NCBI GenBank assembly: GCA_964057225.1
Contig: OZ059896.1
Span: 18,042,001-18,106,000, forward strand
Direction of reading: 5' to 3'
DNA length: 64,000 nucleotides
DNA from: Auanema rhodensis
Lineage: Eukaryota > Animalia > Nematoda
This document shows positions 14,479 to 30,683 of the stretch, piece by piece. Position 1 is the first letter of the stretch, and the number at the start of each line of letters is the position of its first letter. The notes below the pieces were generated by a model. The model worked only from the letters and a program-made list of their open reading frames with translations, was not told the DNA's origin and did no database searches. A program made the position numbers and the translations under genes.

Positions 14479-16899
14479 TTAAGCTTCATCTTGCTTTCCT
14501 GGGAGTTGCTGCATTTCAGCATCATCTTCTTCTTCCTCAATTTGTGCAATAGTCTCAGGCAATGGCTTGCCCATAGTCTCTGGCAGCAACAGTAAAGTCA
14601 AAATACCAGCAATAATGGCTAAAGTTCCGAATGGGATAATCATGTAAACTTTGCCGTAACGCTCCACCTACAAAACAAGGAAATAGAAAATCTCAGCTTT
14701 CAATTAACTTACAATCCACATAGCGATAAAACTAGCAGCAATAGCTCCAACCCTAGCGATTGTACTGCAGCAACCCATAGCGGTATTTCTGAAAATCAGA
14801 ACAAAATTATTAGAGATTTTTTAAAAAACAGCAAAACCTGATGATTGTTGGGAAAAGTTCTGGAGAATAGGTATAAAGAGAAGCATAAGTTGCGGTTATA
14901 GCTCCCTTAGAAATCATCATTTGAAGGATTGCAATCAAAGGAGTTGCTTAAAAAATAATTTGATCTCTACTTCGGGAGATTTAAATGCTTACAGATTTCT
15001 CCCATCAAATAGTTGATAATGAGAACAACACCAGCAATGAAGAAACCACCACTCAAGATAATTCTTCTTCCAAGTCTGCAAGATTTTGGAAAATATATAG
15101 AAGTTTGTGAATTATTATAGAAACCTATCTATAAGGAGATAGACGATAATAAGAGCAGGAATTTCAATTAAAGCAGAGAAGATAAAATTCAAATACATAT
15201 CTCCCCCAAGTACATTAGCCTTCATAGCTAATCCATAATAAACCATAGATACGACAGGCCTAAACAAAATAATAATTTATAAAACTTTTTCAAGAAAATA
15301 CCATAAGTAGAAAGCAACAATGGTTCTTAGGCGAAGACGAGGTGTTTTGAAAAGATCGAGCATTCCATAAGTTTTCTTTGGAGTAACAACTTCTTCTTCG
15401 TCCTCTTGAGCATTGTCAAGTAATTCCCACCTGTGATTAAGTAATTATCTTGAACAGACCCCATTTATTGGTTCAAACCATTTTTCTGGCAAGCTGACCC
15501 CATTGGTTTTAGCAGCTTTTTGAAGGACTTTATCGGCATCTATGAAACGAGATTGGGAAACGAGCCAACGAGCACTCTCGGGTACGAGCCTTCAAAGTTC
15601 AACTTATATTCCCAAAGGAACATGAGATATCAATCACAAACCACCAATAGCTGAGGAAAAGAAGAGCTGGAGAAGCAATAACAATATGAAGCAATCGGTA
15701 ATCAGTGATGTACCAAGCTTCAAATCCAAGAATAATCTCAAAATAAAATTTTGTAATTTAAAAAATAATTGTTATTTTTACTTGGCCCAAGGCAAAGAAA
15801 GCTCCCGTAATTACAGAAGCAAGTTTACGGTAACGAGGTCCTACCAACTCCATTCCAATAACAACAGCAATGACGAAAATACCAGGGTGAGAAAATCCGG
15901 TTCCAGCTCTAAACGAATAAGCTTGTTAGGTGTGATAATATAAGAAAAATTATTACTCACCTCAAAAGAGCATAAATTGTCCAGGAAGGAGCAACAGCAA
16001 CTCCTAAACCACAACTGATTTGAATAACAATGGCCAAAAAGAACACTTTTTTGCGACCAATTCTGAAAAAGATATCTCAGAAATATTAAATAAATTAATA
16101 ATACTTGTCTCCTAAAACTCCAAATGTCATTGATCCTGCCATTTGCCCAATATAGTAAGCAGATTGAATAAAAGCTTTGATCCATCCTCTATCACATACA
16201 ATATTCCACTAAATATATTATCATTTTCTTTCAAATTTCCTGTTTTGTTGTTCATGTTTGACTATTCCCATACCTTCTCAACGGCGCTATATTTCACATT
16301 GCCATGAAAATATACATGATCATCACATTGCCCATCTGCTGTCTCGCATTGGTTATTCTCATAATAACACTACAAATAATAAGATAAATCAAGCATTTTG
16401 TAGTAAAAATAGGTATGATATGCATTTAGTAAAGTAAAATAATTTCCAATCAAAACAAAAACAAAAAAAAATCGAACCAAGATACTACTAAATCGTACCT
16501 CAACTCCTGGGTTCAATTTGTCGTCATAAGGAACTGGTTCCTCATTTTTCACGCATTTTGTAATATTGAATTTGTTGGTAAGATAGTTTGAATCAGGCAT
16601 TTCATCTTGAAGTGCACATCTATATAAAAAATCAGAAATATGTGTTATCCTTGGAGAAAAGTTTACCGGAAAGGAACGGGGATAGCAGCAAAAGTCCAAC
16701 TTAAGGCATGCATCGAAACGATGATAGTTGGGAGACATACCAGCAAAAATTGAATTTTCTGGTATCTATAATAAAAAAATTATTTAAGATTAAGATATAT
16801 GTTTTAAATGAATGAATATGTAACTTACTTCCCCATTTCTCCAAGATTGGAGAAGAGAAATTCGTCGAACTTCATCCTCTTAGGTCCACCTGAACTCAT
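14479..16899 (-). CDS. SLC22-family (MFS) organic cation/anion transporter
   Basis: Spliced ORF MSSGGPKRMKFDEFLFSNLGEMGKYQKIQFLLVCLPTIIVSMHALSWTF..., with GRKKV, PESARWL, DLFKTPRLRLRT, YTYSPELFPTIIRNTAMG and LLLPETMGKPLPETI motifs typical of SLC22/OCT proteins; stop 14479. Confidence 0.92.
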
Positions 16900-18159
16900 T
16901 CGGTCAGTAAGGCGAGGTTTCAGTAGGTAAACAGTGAAAAAAAGAAAGAAAGAATAAAGAACAATCAGATTATATATGAAGACAAGTGTATAGTTTACAC
17001 CATCAACAGAGAAAAGACAAGAAAGAAAGAGAGAAAGAAAGAGAGAGGAAAAGCATTAAATGGTTGATAATTGAAATGTTGCCAAAGAATACTTTGACAA
17101 ATTAGACGCAAAACATAATCAATTAGAAACTGAGAACTAATGGAGAAAATGAATTTAAAACAAGTGAATATTAGAAAATGTATGAGATCCACATGAGAGA
17201 ACGGAGAATAGACAGATATTATCATCATCAAAATCATCAATTTCAGACATAATAGTTTATATTCTCCTAGAATCAGCCCACCATACAGCGCGAATCAAGA
17301 GAACTTTTTGTTCATTTGTTCGGGACCCCCCAATTGCGTATCGTCAAGTTAAAAACGTGAATGTTGTGGAAAGAAGAGTAAAATCTTCGGAAAAACATCA
17401 AAATTCAACAAATTTTGTTAACAGAGCTAACAAAAAAAAATGTTTCATCATGTTGAGCATCGAAATTGAATAGAAGCAACACTGGGAAATTCAGCGACGA
17501 ATAAAAAGAATGAAATTCGAGACGGTGCAATTCATACAATTCTGTGCGAAGGGCACGAGGTCACTGAAATCCCACGCTCTAAGTATACTGGAGTCGTTCC
17601 ACCTCAATGAAAACCGCGGATCATTATAAGATGATGTTTCAAAGTTGCAAAGTGAAAACGTAGAAGGAATATGTGTAAGGTCACAACTCTAGAAAAAAAA
17701 ATTGGCATTCGGCGCTATACGTAATCAACAGAGGCATTTTAGGTTGAAATTTTTGAAATTCTGATGTGCCTGAGCACGAAATGTAGCCAAAGCTACTGCA
17801 GTGAATTGATTTTCAGTTACTATGCGCTGAAGAAGCATCCCCGAAGGAAGATATTTTGTGAATTTGCAGAAAAAGGTCTAGAAAAAATGAAAAAAGAAAA
17901 TGTGAGAACGGGAAGAGATGCAGTCGCATCCGCATAAGTTCCAAGATATGAATGAATTGTTCATGAAGCAAGGTGAGGGGGTGGTGCAAGGGACGAGAAT
18001 ATGTGGTTGAGACGAAATTCACGAAAAAAACTAAAAGAGGAAGAGAATGGAATGCATGAATGACCACTTACATGCAACTGATAACGCTGGAAGCGTGAAA
18101 ATGGTGCGTAACTTCTAGCTTTAATGATATGCGGATGGTTATCCTGCAGAAAGAAAGAA

Positions 18160-18250
<91 letters not shown>

Positions 18251-18270
18251 AGAGAGAGAAAGAGATAGAG
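18160..18270. repeat. (GA)n microsatellite, ~100 bp
   Basis: Near-perfect GA dinucleotide run. Confidence 0.9.
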
Positions 18271-18941
18271 TACAATGATGTATGTTCAGCTGAAAGTTAA
18301 ATGTTTAAAAGTTATATGCAAGCAATAGGCTTAAATTTAGAAAAAAAACATTGATCTAACATTTGAGGATAATGCTATTTCTGTAGGATTTTCGAACTTC
18401 TGTTCAAGAAAATTAAGAGGTTAAAGAGAACAAAACCCAACGCAAGACAATTAGAATGAGGAGAGTATAGAAATAGAGAAGCTAGCACAATGAGAAGTAG
18501 ATTGAAAAAGGCGGAGAGATAGAAATTGTCAAGAAAAACGATCAATGTTGGGAAAAAACGATATAGCTAGCTCACGCTTGAGCTAGGCACCTAGAAATAT
18601 GCTATGACTACTCTTACTCTTACGAGTTTTTGAATTTTAATTCATTCACCAAGTTCTTCATGAAAATTGAAAAGATAAAAAAGATAACAAAAAACTGATT
18701 GATGTTACTGCGAAACAGCACTAACACAAGGCTGTGATAAGGATATTGAACAAAAGAAAATGTAGGTATTGTATCGCAATCATTAACAAGGGATTACACA
18801 TTAGTTAGTACACATTTCAGACACTTAAGATGTTTATTGGTAATTATTAATGAGACCATGTTATTAAAATATATAAACTCGTATACAATTAGAAAATATA
18901 GGTTTTACATTAGAATATATATATGTATATAAACAAAATTA

Positions 18942-20856
<1,915 letters not shown>

Positions 20857-21120
20857 CTGATAAAATTTGATTATTCATATTTAATCAAAACGTGAATTGA
20901 TACTTATTGCGATCATGAACGCTACTTGTCTGAGAAATGTACACGAACTTCAAAAGTTTATATGGTATTTTAACTAGTTACTGTAAAAAAATAACAATTC
21001 TCTAAAAAAGAAAAAAATACGATAAGAAAAATGCAACAATTTGAAAATTCGAGGGTCACTAAACACGTAGTAAAGCGAGATAAAAATAAGATCATGCATA
21101 CATTATTAACAATTAATAGT

Positions 21121-22059
21121 TTAGGTGGAACTAGTTTCGTTTGCAGAAGCAAGCTCCTTAATTACTTCTTCCAATGTGTCTTTGAACTTGTCCAGAGCAG
21201 ACTTGGGAACTGTGATTGAAGTTCGATATCCGGTAGTCAATTTTACCTTAACAATATACTTAAAAAAAATTATTATAAGCTTCTAACCTCTGTAACGCGA
21301 ACGTATGTTCCCTTATCGTTTTGTCCTACATCAAAGTAGAATATTTTGTTATTATCACAGGGAACTTGCTTAGCACGGGGAAGATCCTACATATAAAAAT
21401 AATAATATAGAAAATGAAAACTATAATTACAGAGTTTGTGCTCTCATTCAAGAATCCAGCAGAGTATTTCTCAATCAATTCACTGATTACATCACGAATC
21501 TCAGCCATAGCAGAAGCGGGAATAGCAACCTAGAAATAAAGATTAGGAATCTGACTAATATGCTCAATATACTTGAGAACGAGCTGTACGTGGATTATTG
21601 ATTGTTTGAGCTATACGCAAGTAACGTCCACGTTGATTCATTTTGAGATCAAGATAGTAACGACGAGTATCGAAAAGAAGAGTCTCAGATTTAAGAGTAC
21701 TAGACTAAAATAAAAATAATAGAATGAAGAAAACAATGTGAGAAATACTTACATCAGCAGTGTTCTCTTCCCCTTCTGGAATACTGTTTGAGAATTTGAT
21801 CATTTCTCCGAGTTGATCTCTAAGCTGAACAGCAGCAGCCATAGAAAGAACAACTCGAGATTTATAGTTAGTTCCCATCTACAACTTATTAAAGTAATAA
21901 ACAAATATCATCATGAATCATTACCTCAGCAATCTTTATAAATCTTCCTCTGTTGTTTTCTTTCACGTCAACATAATATCTTTTGTATCCAATGTTCAAT
22001 TGTCTGGTTTCCAGCTCATCTTCATTTCTCTTAGCGTTACGATCCCCATTATCAGACAT
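21121..22059 (-). CDS. plp-1: Pur-alpha-like single-stranded nucleic acid binding protein (three PUR repeats)
   Basis: [45 protein letters not shown]...[19 protein letters not shown]...[19 protein letters not shown]; six exons; stop 21121-21123. Confidence 0.92.
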
Positions 22060-22642
22060 TTTGCCAACACAAAGATGTTACCACGTTCGATCCTAGAAGC
22101 GCTCTTCCCACAAACAAGCCCAAGCCTGGAAAGTGCAGTATAGATAGTTAGGCAGTATAAATAGTTAAGTAGTAAAACAATGAAACTAATCATTGAACAA
22201 ATCAATCATATCAGTTTCTAAAGCCACAAAAAATATTTTAAAAAATAGTCCTCATAAACGAATCATTTCATAAATAAAAATAGACAAAATCATTTTAAAT
22301 ATATTTAGAGACGCGCACGCCTCTGCTACGCAGCACGCGTTCAAATTCGTGTTGGTTCCAACATTCTGAATGGAGCACTCTAGTATTTTAATATACAAAG
22401 TGAGCAAAGTATGATTATGAGCCGTGGTAATATAACATTAAAAAAATATTTGTTAAAACTCTTATTAATATTAAGTAAACTAAACTGTTCTTTTTTTCTA
22501 TTTGTTTGATAAATGAGATGAAATGAATAATATTTTGTTGGTACCTATTCCATGTTGTAACCCTTTCATGTGAAACAAGATAAGTTTTGTTGAAATGAAC
22601 CCTCCATCTCTCACTTGAGTTACATTTACCAGCTTAGTTGTG

Positions 22643-23281
22643 CATCTGGGGCTAGTCTACCATCATCACCATCATCATCATCATCATCAGAGGAGCATCA
22701 CATCTGTATATTCCTCAGTTAATATGCCAGCGGGTATCGGAGTATTCTCGATTTGGACGTTCGAGATAGGCAGCTGGTGCTTGGGCTTGTTACTGGGCTT
22801 CAATCGTCTCTTGCTTTTCCAGCTTCGTCAACGTTGCCCGCGCTCAGGCACATCTGCATCCAGATGGTAAGAAGCACATATTGCACAACCAAATGCTCCT
22901 TGTATTCATAGATAGTCTGTCTAATTTGCAGTACAACCCCACCTTCCTCGCAGTCGTTTTTTCTGTGACTCTCTCTCAGCATTTATTGTGCCACAAAATA
23001 ATCTCTATTCGGTTCGAAAGCATGTCTATATAACCTTAAAAGAGGTGAAGTGAGAGCACATCTGCAAGATTAGTGTGGCTAGTCAAAAAAGAAGAAGAAT
23101 AACTGTTCGGTACCTCCGTAATAAAAACATCTGCTAAGTCATAGACACCTTCATATATGTATATGAACAGATGGTTTTTTCACTTCAAAAATTAGATGAA
23201 TAACACAAAAACAAAAAAAAACAAAAAGATTGATGAGAACAGCTTTACGAGTTGATCGGTAAACAGTTTTTTGATCATCTG
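22643..23281. promoter_or_regulatory. E-box cluster (candidate bHLH enhancer) 1
   Basis: CATCTG/CAGATG at 22643, 22701, 22851, 22861, 23059, 23128, 23168, 23276; CAGCTG at 22771. Confidence 0.6.
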
Positions 23282-25852
23282 CATGCCGTTAAGAGATTAG
23301 TTTGGAATTTCTCGGAAAACTAGGAAATAGGAATGAAACGTAAAAGTCGAAACAAAAGTAGCTTCATCTATAAAATAAATCTTAGTTTTAACACTCCTTT
23401 CGTATTAAACTACATATATTTGGATATTGTCATCAGTAAATATAATTAAGCAAAAGATGAGCACTCAGGTTCAAATTTTACGAATCAAAAACTTATCAAA
23501 AAATTTAATTACAACTTAGTATGTAAATTCATAAGTGAGAGATAGAACTAAGAACTTAAAAAATACTTTTGAATCTTCTTTTGTTATACCCTCATAGATA
23601 TCACTAGTATTACTATTCTTGATTTCTGTTAAATAACTTTAGTTTTTTGAATGAATAATTGAAAAGTGGGTTGAACTCATCGAACCTATTTAGGAAATTA
23701 ATACTGGTTTGCCGTGGCTAACTCTTCAGTGCATTTATAAAGAGTATGGCTGTTTTAAAGCATATATCAGAATAAAAAAACAAAATCTTAAATTATTCCC
23801 CTTGTCCTGTTCTATTTTTCAAATTTTTGTGGGCAATGTGTTTCTACGGGAATGAATTATCTCGAGTTGTTGAATGAAAATAAAATTTCAATAAGATATT
23901 GAATAGGATAGCATGACGAGTGTAGGTTCCCATGGTCGGCTATTCCTTTTAGGGCACAAGATGGTGAGAAGGCCACACAGCTGACAGCTGACAGCCCTCA
24001 GCCCTGGTGTCCTCTTCTTTCCTTTTTGCTCTGTTCTCTGCGGTTCGCCTCGTTTTACTCTCTTTGACATCATGTTCTGAGGTTCCGGCGTCGGCTGGAA
24101 CTGATGCAATCCCGTTGTCATTTTCTCGTCTTTGTGAATGAAGAAGAATGTTGATCGGGTATAAGATAGTAAATTGCAACATACACGAAAAACTAACGAT
24201 GCTAGACAAGAGTCTTTAAAACAAAACATTTCTATGTATCCTGTTTTAGCAAAATACAAAGTCTCGCGCTCCGGTAAGCGCAGCATGAAGCCATTAAAGT
24301 TAGGAAAGTTATCTTATATATGACTGAGCATGAAGGGGAAACATGAAGTTCCAACAACTACCTCGTTTTTCTCTTCTATTAAACAACAAAGCAATAATAC
24401 AGTGCAGGAAAATAGCAAATATTCATCTTGCTCTCATTATCGTTTAAGCTTTACAAAATGAAAACGTGTGATATATGAGATCATGAACCTCACCAGCATC
24501 ATCATCATGTTATTCCCTCACTTTCATGTTGTTCTCAGCTGGTGCAGCTGTTCGGAAAAGAGCGGCAAAATTGGCCTTTTATGATGATTCGTAGGACTTT
24601 ATTTGAACATTGCTAGATAGAAAATGCTCAATAAAATGACAGTTTATTGACAGTTTAGCTGGCAGGTGTGGCAATACAATGCAAATTTCATGAAGATTTC
24701 CTTAGAATTTCAGCATAATTATGCTACTTTTTACGCTTAACCAAGTTTGTTTTCATTCAAATAAGTTGATATTGTAATTTTCAAATACTGAACTAAACTG
24801 AAATATTGATATGATATGTATATAATGGAGATAAACAAAAATATTTTTAAAAAAAGTTCAATAAGATAGTATAATGCTTATGTCATTTGTTTAAATGGCT
24901 TTTATTTAAGTAAATATATAAACATTTATCTTTCAAATGATATAATCAAACTATTGTCGGTCAATAATAATTAATCGAATGAAATAATATCTTAAACACA
25001 TGTTTTTCTTCAAAAATATTTGTATTAATATTTTAATTATGTTTAATTTCTTTGTAATTATCAAAATAATACAAGCTTCTTCTAAGGGATTTAGAAAAAA
25101 AAATAATTTAAAACCAAATATTTAGTTTTTATATAATTTTTAAAACATTCATGATAAGCTTTATATGATATAACCCTTCTTGGTACTTTCGTTATGCTTT
25201 TTCAGATATATGGCAAGTTTCTGTTAATTAACTGCTATTCTATCAATCAAATGCCCATAGTGGAATAAATATCTTTAATATGTTGATGGATCTGCTGCAC
25301 CTAGATTGTCGTGATGAACCCTTCTGCTTTTCCCCAGATGAGATATATTATCGACTTATGTATTTCATATAGTTGTTCTTGACCATTGGAAAGAGAAAGG
25401 AACACTTCTGGACTTCTGATGGTGGCCATATGCGACAATGACAGACAACAGTCGGCCTATAGGTTTCTGTTCTTCAGTCTGCTCTTTCGCCTGTGGCTTC
25501 TTTGAGACCAAGCCGCTAACTGTCTGTTGCTGACAAATTATCTCAGTTTAAATATACCTGAAACTACAGTTGTTTTGTATTTCCCCCTTCAAATTGTTTT
25601 ATTAACCTACAGTTTTTTACTACTTAAAAACTGTAAAATATTGTTGTTTATTCGTTTTTGTGGTCCTTCGGATATGAGGCAAAATTCGGTGGCTTATTAG
25701 AGTACGTTCGACGTTCTGTGCTTCTGAATGGGAACCGTTTCAATATTTTAATATTCTGACTTTCGACTTCCCCCTATCTTGAATTTAGTGGGAGCTCATT
25801 GTCCAGGTTGGAATCAGAAATGAAAAGGAGGAAAAGAACAACAGAAGCTGGA

Positions 25853-28800
25853 CATCTGCCTAGTACGTCTGCCATCCGGCTGTTCCTTGTCCACTAGCCG
25901 CTAATCATCTGTCTCCCTTACAACCTTATGCTTTAAGCTAAAGAAAAGAGCACAAAATAATGCCAAATGTTGTGGTAAGTGGAGTAATAAAGCCAAAAGA
26001 GTGTATATATGTTGCACGTGTGCCGTTGTCAACGAAATAAAAACAAAAATCAGAATGTGATGTTTTAAGGACATGCACTACTTCAACATATTTCCAGCAT
26101 TTCAATACATCTGTCAGAACATAGTCTCTCACAAGCTTATTAGTATATTGAGAATAAGAATAAGTTTAACCACACATTTCATTATAGCGTGATGCTATGC
26201 TCGTCTGAATCTTTTCCTACAAGCTGGATTAATAAGTGATGCATCCAATGAAAAATGATCAACACTTTATGGCAATGATGATGAAGAAGATAACATAGTT
26301 AGATGAAGTAGCAGAAGGAAGACCTCCGAATACATACAAAAGGATGTATGAAGTAACATCAGATGGGCAGATGATGAGGCTGATGATGTATGCACATCTG
26401 ATGATTATGGCTCGAAGGTTCATTAGCGGTCTAGTCAAGTAAGTGGCTAGCTTAATTCTGCTGCGCAGAGAATGAATTGGATCAAGACGGCGTTCCTTCC
26501 GTTACCAAATCAGCCACAGATTCAGAAGACAAAGAGCAATTGAAGTCCAGCGTTTAAAATTGTAATTTGTGCTGAGATGGAATAGCATTTTAAATAGAAA
26601 TTTAATGAGCAGCCTAGAGATACGATACATGCTTTGAATCTTTCTGGTTGAGTTCGGTTCCCGCACTCGTCAGCCTACCTGTTCTCATCCATCAACTCTT
26701 CTTGCTATGCTGACTTTCAACCAGTTTCATATTCTCTCCCTGGTACCCTGTATATTTTAAACGAAGACAAGGAAGGAAAGAGCCCCTGGAAAGGGAGCCA
26801 TATGTGGCTGGCAGCTGTACACTAATTGCCAGACATGCTTGGCCCTCTTCCAGCCAGCACATGCACACTAAGCAGCAGCCGGTCGGATGACAAGCCCTTA
26901 GGGCATAAGATCCTTTAGTATTTAGCAATCTCATATAGCATGTGAGAGCAGACGTCTTGTGAGCTTAAACAGCCTATACTACGATTTCGGAAGCAGCTTC
27001 TGTTTTGAAACTGAACCATAAGCATGCACAAGAAACATACACCCATCTTCAGAGCGGTAGTGTATCAGGACCTGCTGAAGTGTCACCACAGCTGATGCGC
27101 CAATTTTAACGATAACTAGCTCATTCCCATGAATAAATTCAAGCGATGAGCAGCAAGAAAATGTAAATGTAACTAAAAATTGAGAAAATAGGCTGACTCT
27201 TCGGACATCTGGACATCATGGATAGATACGCTTGACGACCACACCAACTCCTCGGCCTTTTTAACGCCTGCTGTCTCCCGGTGCCTAAACATGATGTGAT
27301 CATAGTGCACAGGTGAGCTAAGAGACTTGCCGATATCAAACTATGGGTTCTGCCATTCAACCTGTCAAACTACATCAACCATATACGTAAACAAGCCGTC
27401 AGCAATATGATGATGATCAGATAAGTAGAATGATCGGAATTTTCTTTTTTCGGAGAAAAGAGACACATCTGCTAGGTCTCGAGTTATTAGCCAGCTGTGC
27501 GGTCTATATGTGATTGCTGCTATTCCTTCTGCTGCAACTACTGCTGCTGCGGCTGCTCATTTAGCCAAGTTAAGTGATGAAAACACACAAACACGCACAT
27601 TCAGACCACCAGCAGTGTCACCAGCCTGCTTATAAATTCATCTGCGCTTTTCATCCGTCTCAGTAGCAGCCAGTAAGCAAATAATATCATGGCAGAAGGG
27701 AGCCCGCCAGGCTGTTAGAACCCTAAGTACACCTTAAGCATGTGGAAAACATGCTCCTGTTAATGTTTAATATCATTCTGACGGGCAACATTGCAGACGA
27801 CGTCGTTTCAAGTTGTTTTCGTGCGTGTGACATCGGATTTCGAGGTCAGCAGATGCGCATTCTTCAGGTATTATCTCCTTTTTCTTTCACTAAGTGAAAG
27901 AGAAAATTGTTTTTCCATTTCAATGAACATTATGACTTATCACAAGCAATAGCATAGTAAATGAAAACGAAAACTCTGAACTGACATTGTCATCCTTCAT
28001 ACAACTATCATTGCCAAAATATCTGAAGCATTACGAGCATGCCATACAGTCGATTAGTATGATTTCCTGAGATTATGATACCTAACAAAGAAATATTCGA
28101 ATTTCCATACGTCTAAACAGAAAAAAGAATATAACAAAGAACGTAAAGATATAAACGACATGATACCCTCGTTGAAATGAAACTTCAAACATACTTCCAT
28201 GTATGTAAATGTGTCCTTCAATTTTAATTTCTTGGCGTCATCCAGATGAGGCGTCGTCATATATTCATTTTGTTTCTTCCATCCTCCCTCACCTGTCGCA
28301 ATCATCATGTGATTTCAGGTAATGATCATTTTCATTTTCATTTCAACTTTCTTTCAAACCTCCCATATCGCCTTTAAAATATTTATGACTCATTGAGAGA
28401 AATGACAACAATCTGGTCTTTTTTGGCAACTTTCCAATGGCAGATCTGAAGATGTTTCATAAACCAACAGAAAATTTCAACTATTATCTTATTGTTCTTT
28501 TACAAAAACCATGGGAACTTGACATCTGTAAGGAAGAGCAGGATGTGCCGATGCTTTTTCTTCGAATTCTACCAAATCACAGACTTCCGAGCTGTTCACT
28601 TCTTTTAGCTTTTTGACCCGACAAAGTAAAGTCAGCTGTTAAATAAGTTTCTGAGTACCACAAGATTACGTTCAGCTGTTCCGTTTCGTAGCGAAACTCT
28701 GTGACAGCTTCGCTCTTCATCGTTCCTTCTATCACAGTCAACCTTCAGGCATATAAATCTCGAATAAATCTTCATCGGGTCCCTTGCATCTCATTTTCTT

Positions 28801-29772
28801 CATCACTTGCTTTCTCTCTGTCTTCATCTTCTAATTCGTGAACATCTCTACCGAATTCTCTCTTTATTCATTTCTCTCACTCCCATTGCTGTTCCCTTAT
28901 TCTGACTCAGAAATCTGATTCATATAGCAATATATGATCCCTCTTCAACTCATCAGTAGAGAAGTAGAATGGGAAGAAGCATCTGGAACAGCTGAACCTT
29001 AAATCATTTTTTTAATATTTTCAAGAAACTACTATACCTTATTCCAAATAGACATTTGTTTCCATATGTTTCAAACAAGTTCCAGGCTTTCAGCCAAAGA
29101 ACAAACATATTTTAATGATTTTGATCAATGCTTTGTACGGAAAAGCAGGCTTGTCAATAAGATTCAACCGATTATTAACCTATTGGCTGTATAAACATAG
29201 GATTTCAACTCACCTGTTACATCGGCAATTACGTAAAAGGAAAAAGTATTCATGGATGAATAAACAAATGAACAGATGGCCCAAGTTCCGATGAAGCTCA
29301 TTCACAATGAACTGGCGCCCCCCCCCCCCTTCGGCAATGTCTTTGAATTGTGAATAGGAAGTTTCCAATTCGTTGCCATGGACTTTTACCAAGATTTACA
29401 GAATTCTTTTGATGTTTCTCAGAGTTTTCAACTGGTAATGTTGTTGAATACTGTAGCTTGAAGCTTTCCAAGTTGCAATGTGCAAACCTTAGTTTTACAT
29501 CTGTAATTATAATCATCAAGCACTATAACATCATCTTCTTCTTCATTAACGTCATCATCTGTTTTTCTTAGCAGACTGAAACAAATTGCTATTAAGATGG
29601 AAATAAGCATGACAGGTGAAGCAACAACATCTTAAGACCTTTTCGGCTTCAGCTTCAGCTGGTCCTAACATTGATTGAAGTGATGTGGATGGAGAATCAT
29701 GTGTCTTGAAGCTGATCTTAGCATTACACGTGTGAATGCTGTTAATGGTAGCTTCTAATGCTATATCATTGA

Positions 29773-29825
<53 letters not shown>

Positions 29826-30103
29826 GTGCTGTGGTACAAGGGAGGAATGGAAGGGTTTACCTTTCGTATAATGCTGATATCTATTTATTTTTATATATAT
29901 TCTAATGCAGCTGTTCAAAAGCAGGTAGAGCATAGAAGAGTTATCAAAATGGGAGAGGGCTTGAGAAGGACATCATCATGATCGTCATCTTAGCAGAGTA
30001 ATCATGTTACGAACCTTTTAGGTATCGTAGTATCGATAATCCGGCCATCAGTTAAGCTTCAGTGTATCATGTCTGCCTATAGGGTGGTATCATTTTCCAT
30101 CTG
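25853..30103. promoter_or_regulatory. Extended E-box array upstream of HLH-A
   Basis: At least 16 CATCTG/CAGATG, 8 CAGCTG and 4 CACCTG/CAGGTG counted by eye. Confidence 0.6.
29779..29822. repeat. (GA)n microsatellite
   Basis: Perfect GA run of ~22 units. Confidence 0.9.
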
Positions 30104-30683
30104 GAAGTCTGTCTCCACAGCAGTTATGACGATCAGCTTACCGTTTGTCGGTTAAAGCTCAAGCTGTTTCTCTGTAATTATCGGTAACATTAGCCAAGCT
30201 CAAAGGCTATTATCCAGTTGAATTTGCTTGAAAAGGTAATAATTTTGGGTATTATTTAAAGTCATTTTATATGATATTCTATTTGAATGTCTATCAACAT
30301 GCTTACAACATCAAAAATTATAAAAAATATTGAGAAGAGACGGCCATATTCTTTTTCAAATTGAACAGTTCCCAGTTCACAGTTTACAACTTATTCTTAT
30401 GAGGCGTGAGACATTCTCATTTCCTCCGGATATTCAGGATATCAAAGAGTTGATTGTTCATATATTGTTTATAGAAATAGATTTGTACTTTCCTCTTATG
30501 TTCACAAACTTCATTCTCACCAAATTTCTTGACAGGTTTTCCTTTTTTCTATAACTCTCTCATTTATTATATCTTTATCTAATATCTCTCTACTTCCTTA
30601 TATATTACTTACAAACTTTCCTCCTTTCTCTCTCTCTCTTTGAGCTTGCCCCACCTGTCACTCTCCTCCTCGTTTTCTCTAGG

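Noticed and set aside
17961-18275. SLSLSL.../ERERE... ORFs (also 13176, 29555, 42932, 45219)
   Set aside because: Translation artefacts of GA/CT microsatellites
22400-22410. GTGAGCAAAGT resembling the miR-87 5' end
   Set aside because: No precursor hairpin; likely chance
23888-24286. 132-aa and 86-aa overlapping ORFs in the desert
   Set aside because: No domain-like content or coherent exon chain; GC-richer E-box island better explained as regulatory DNA
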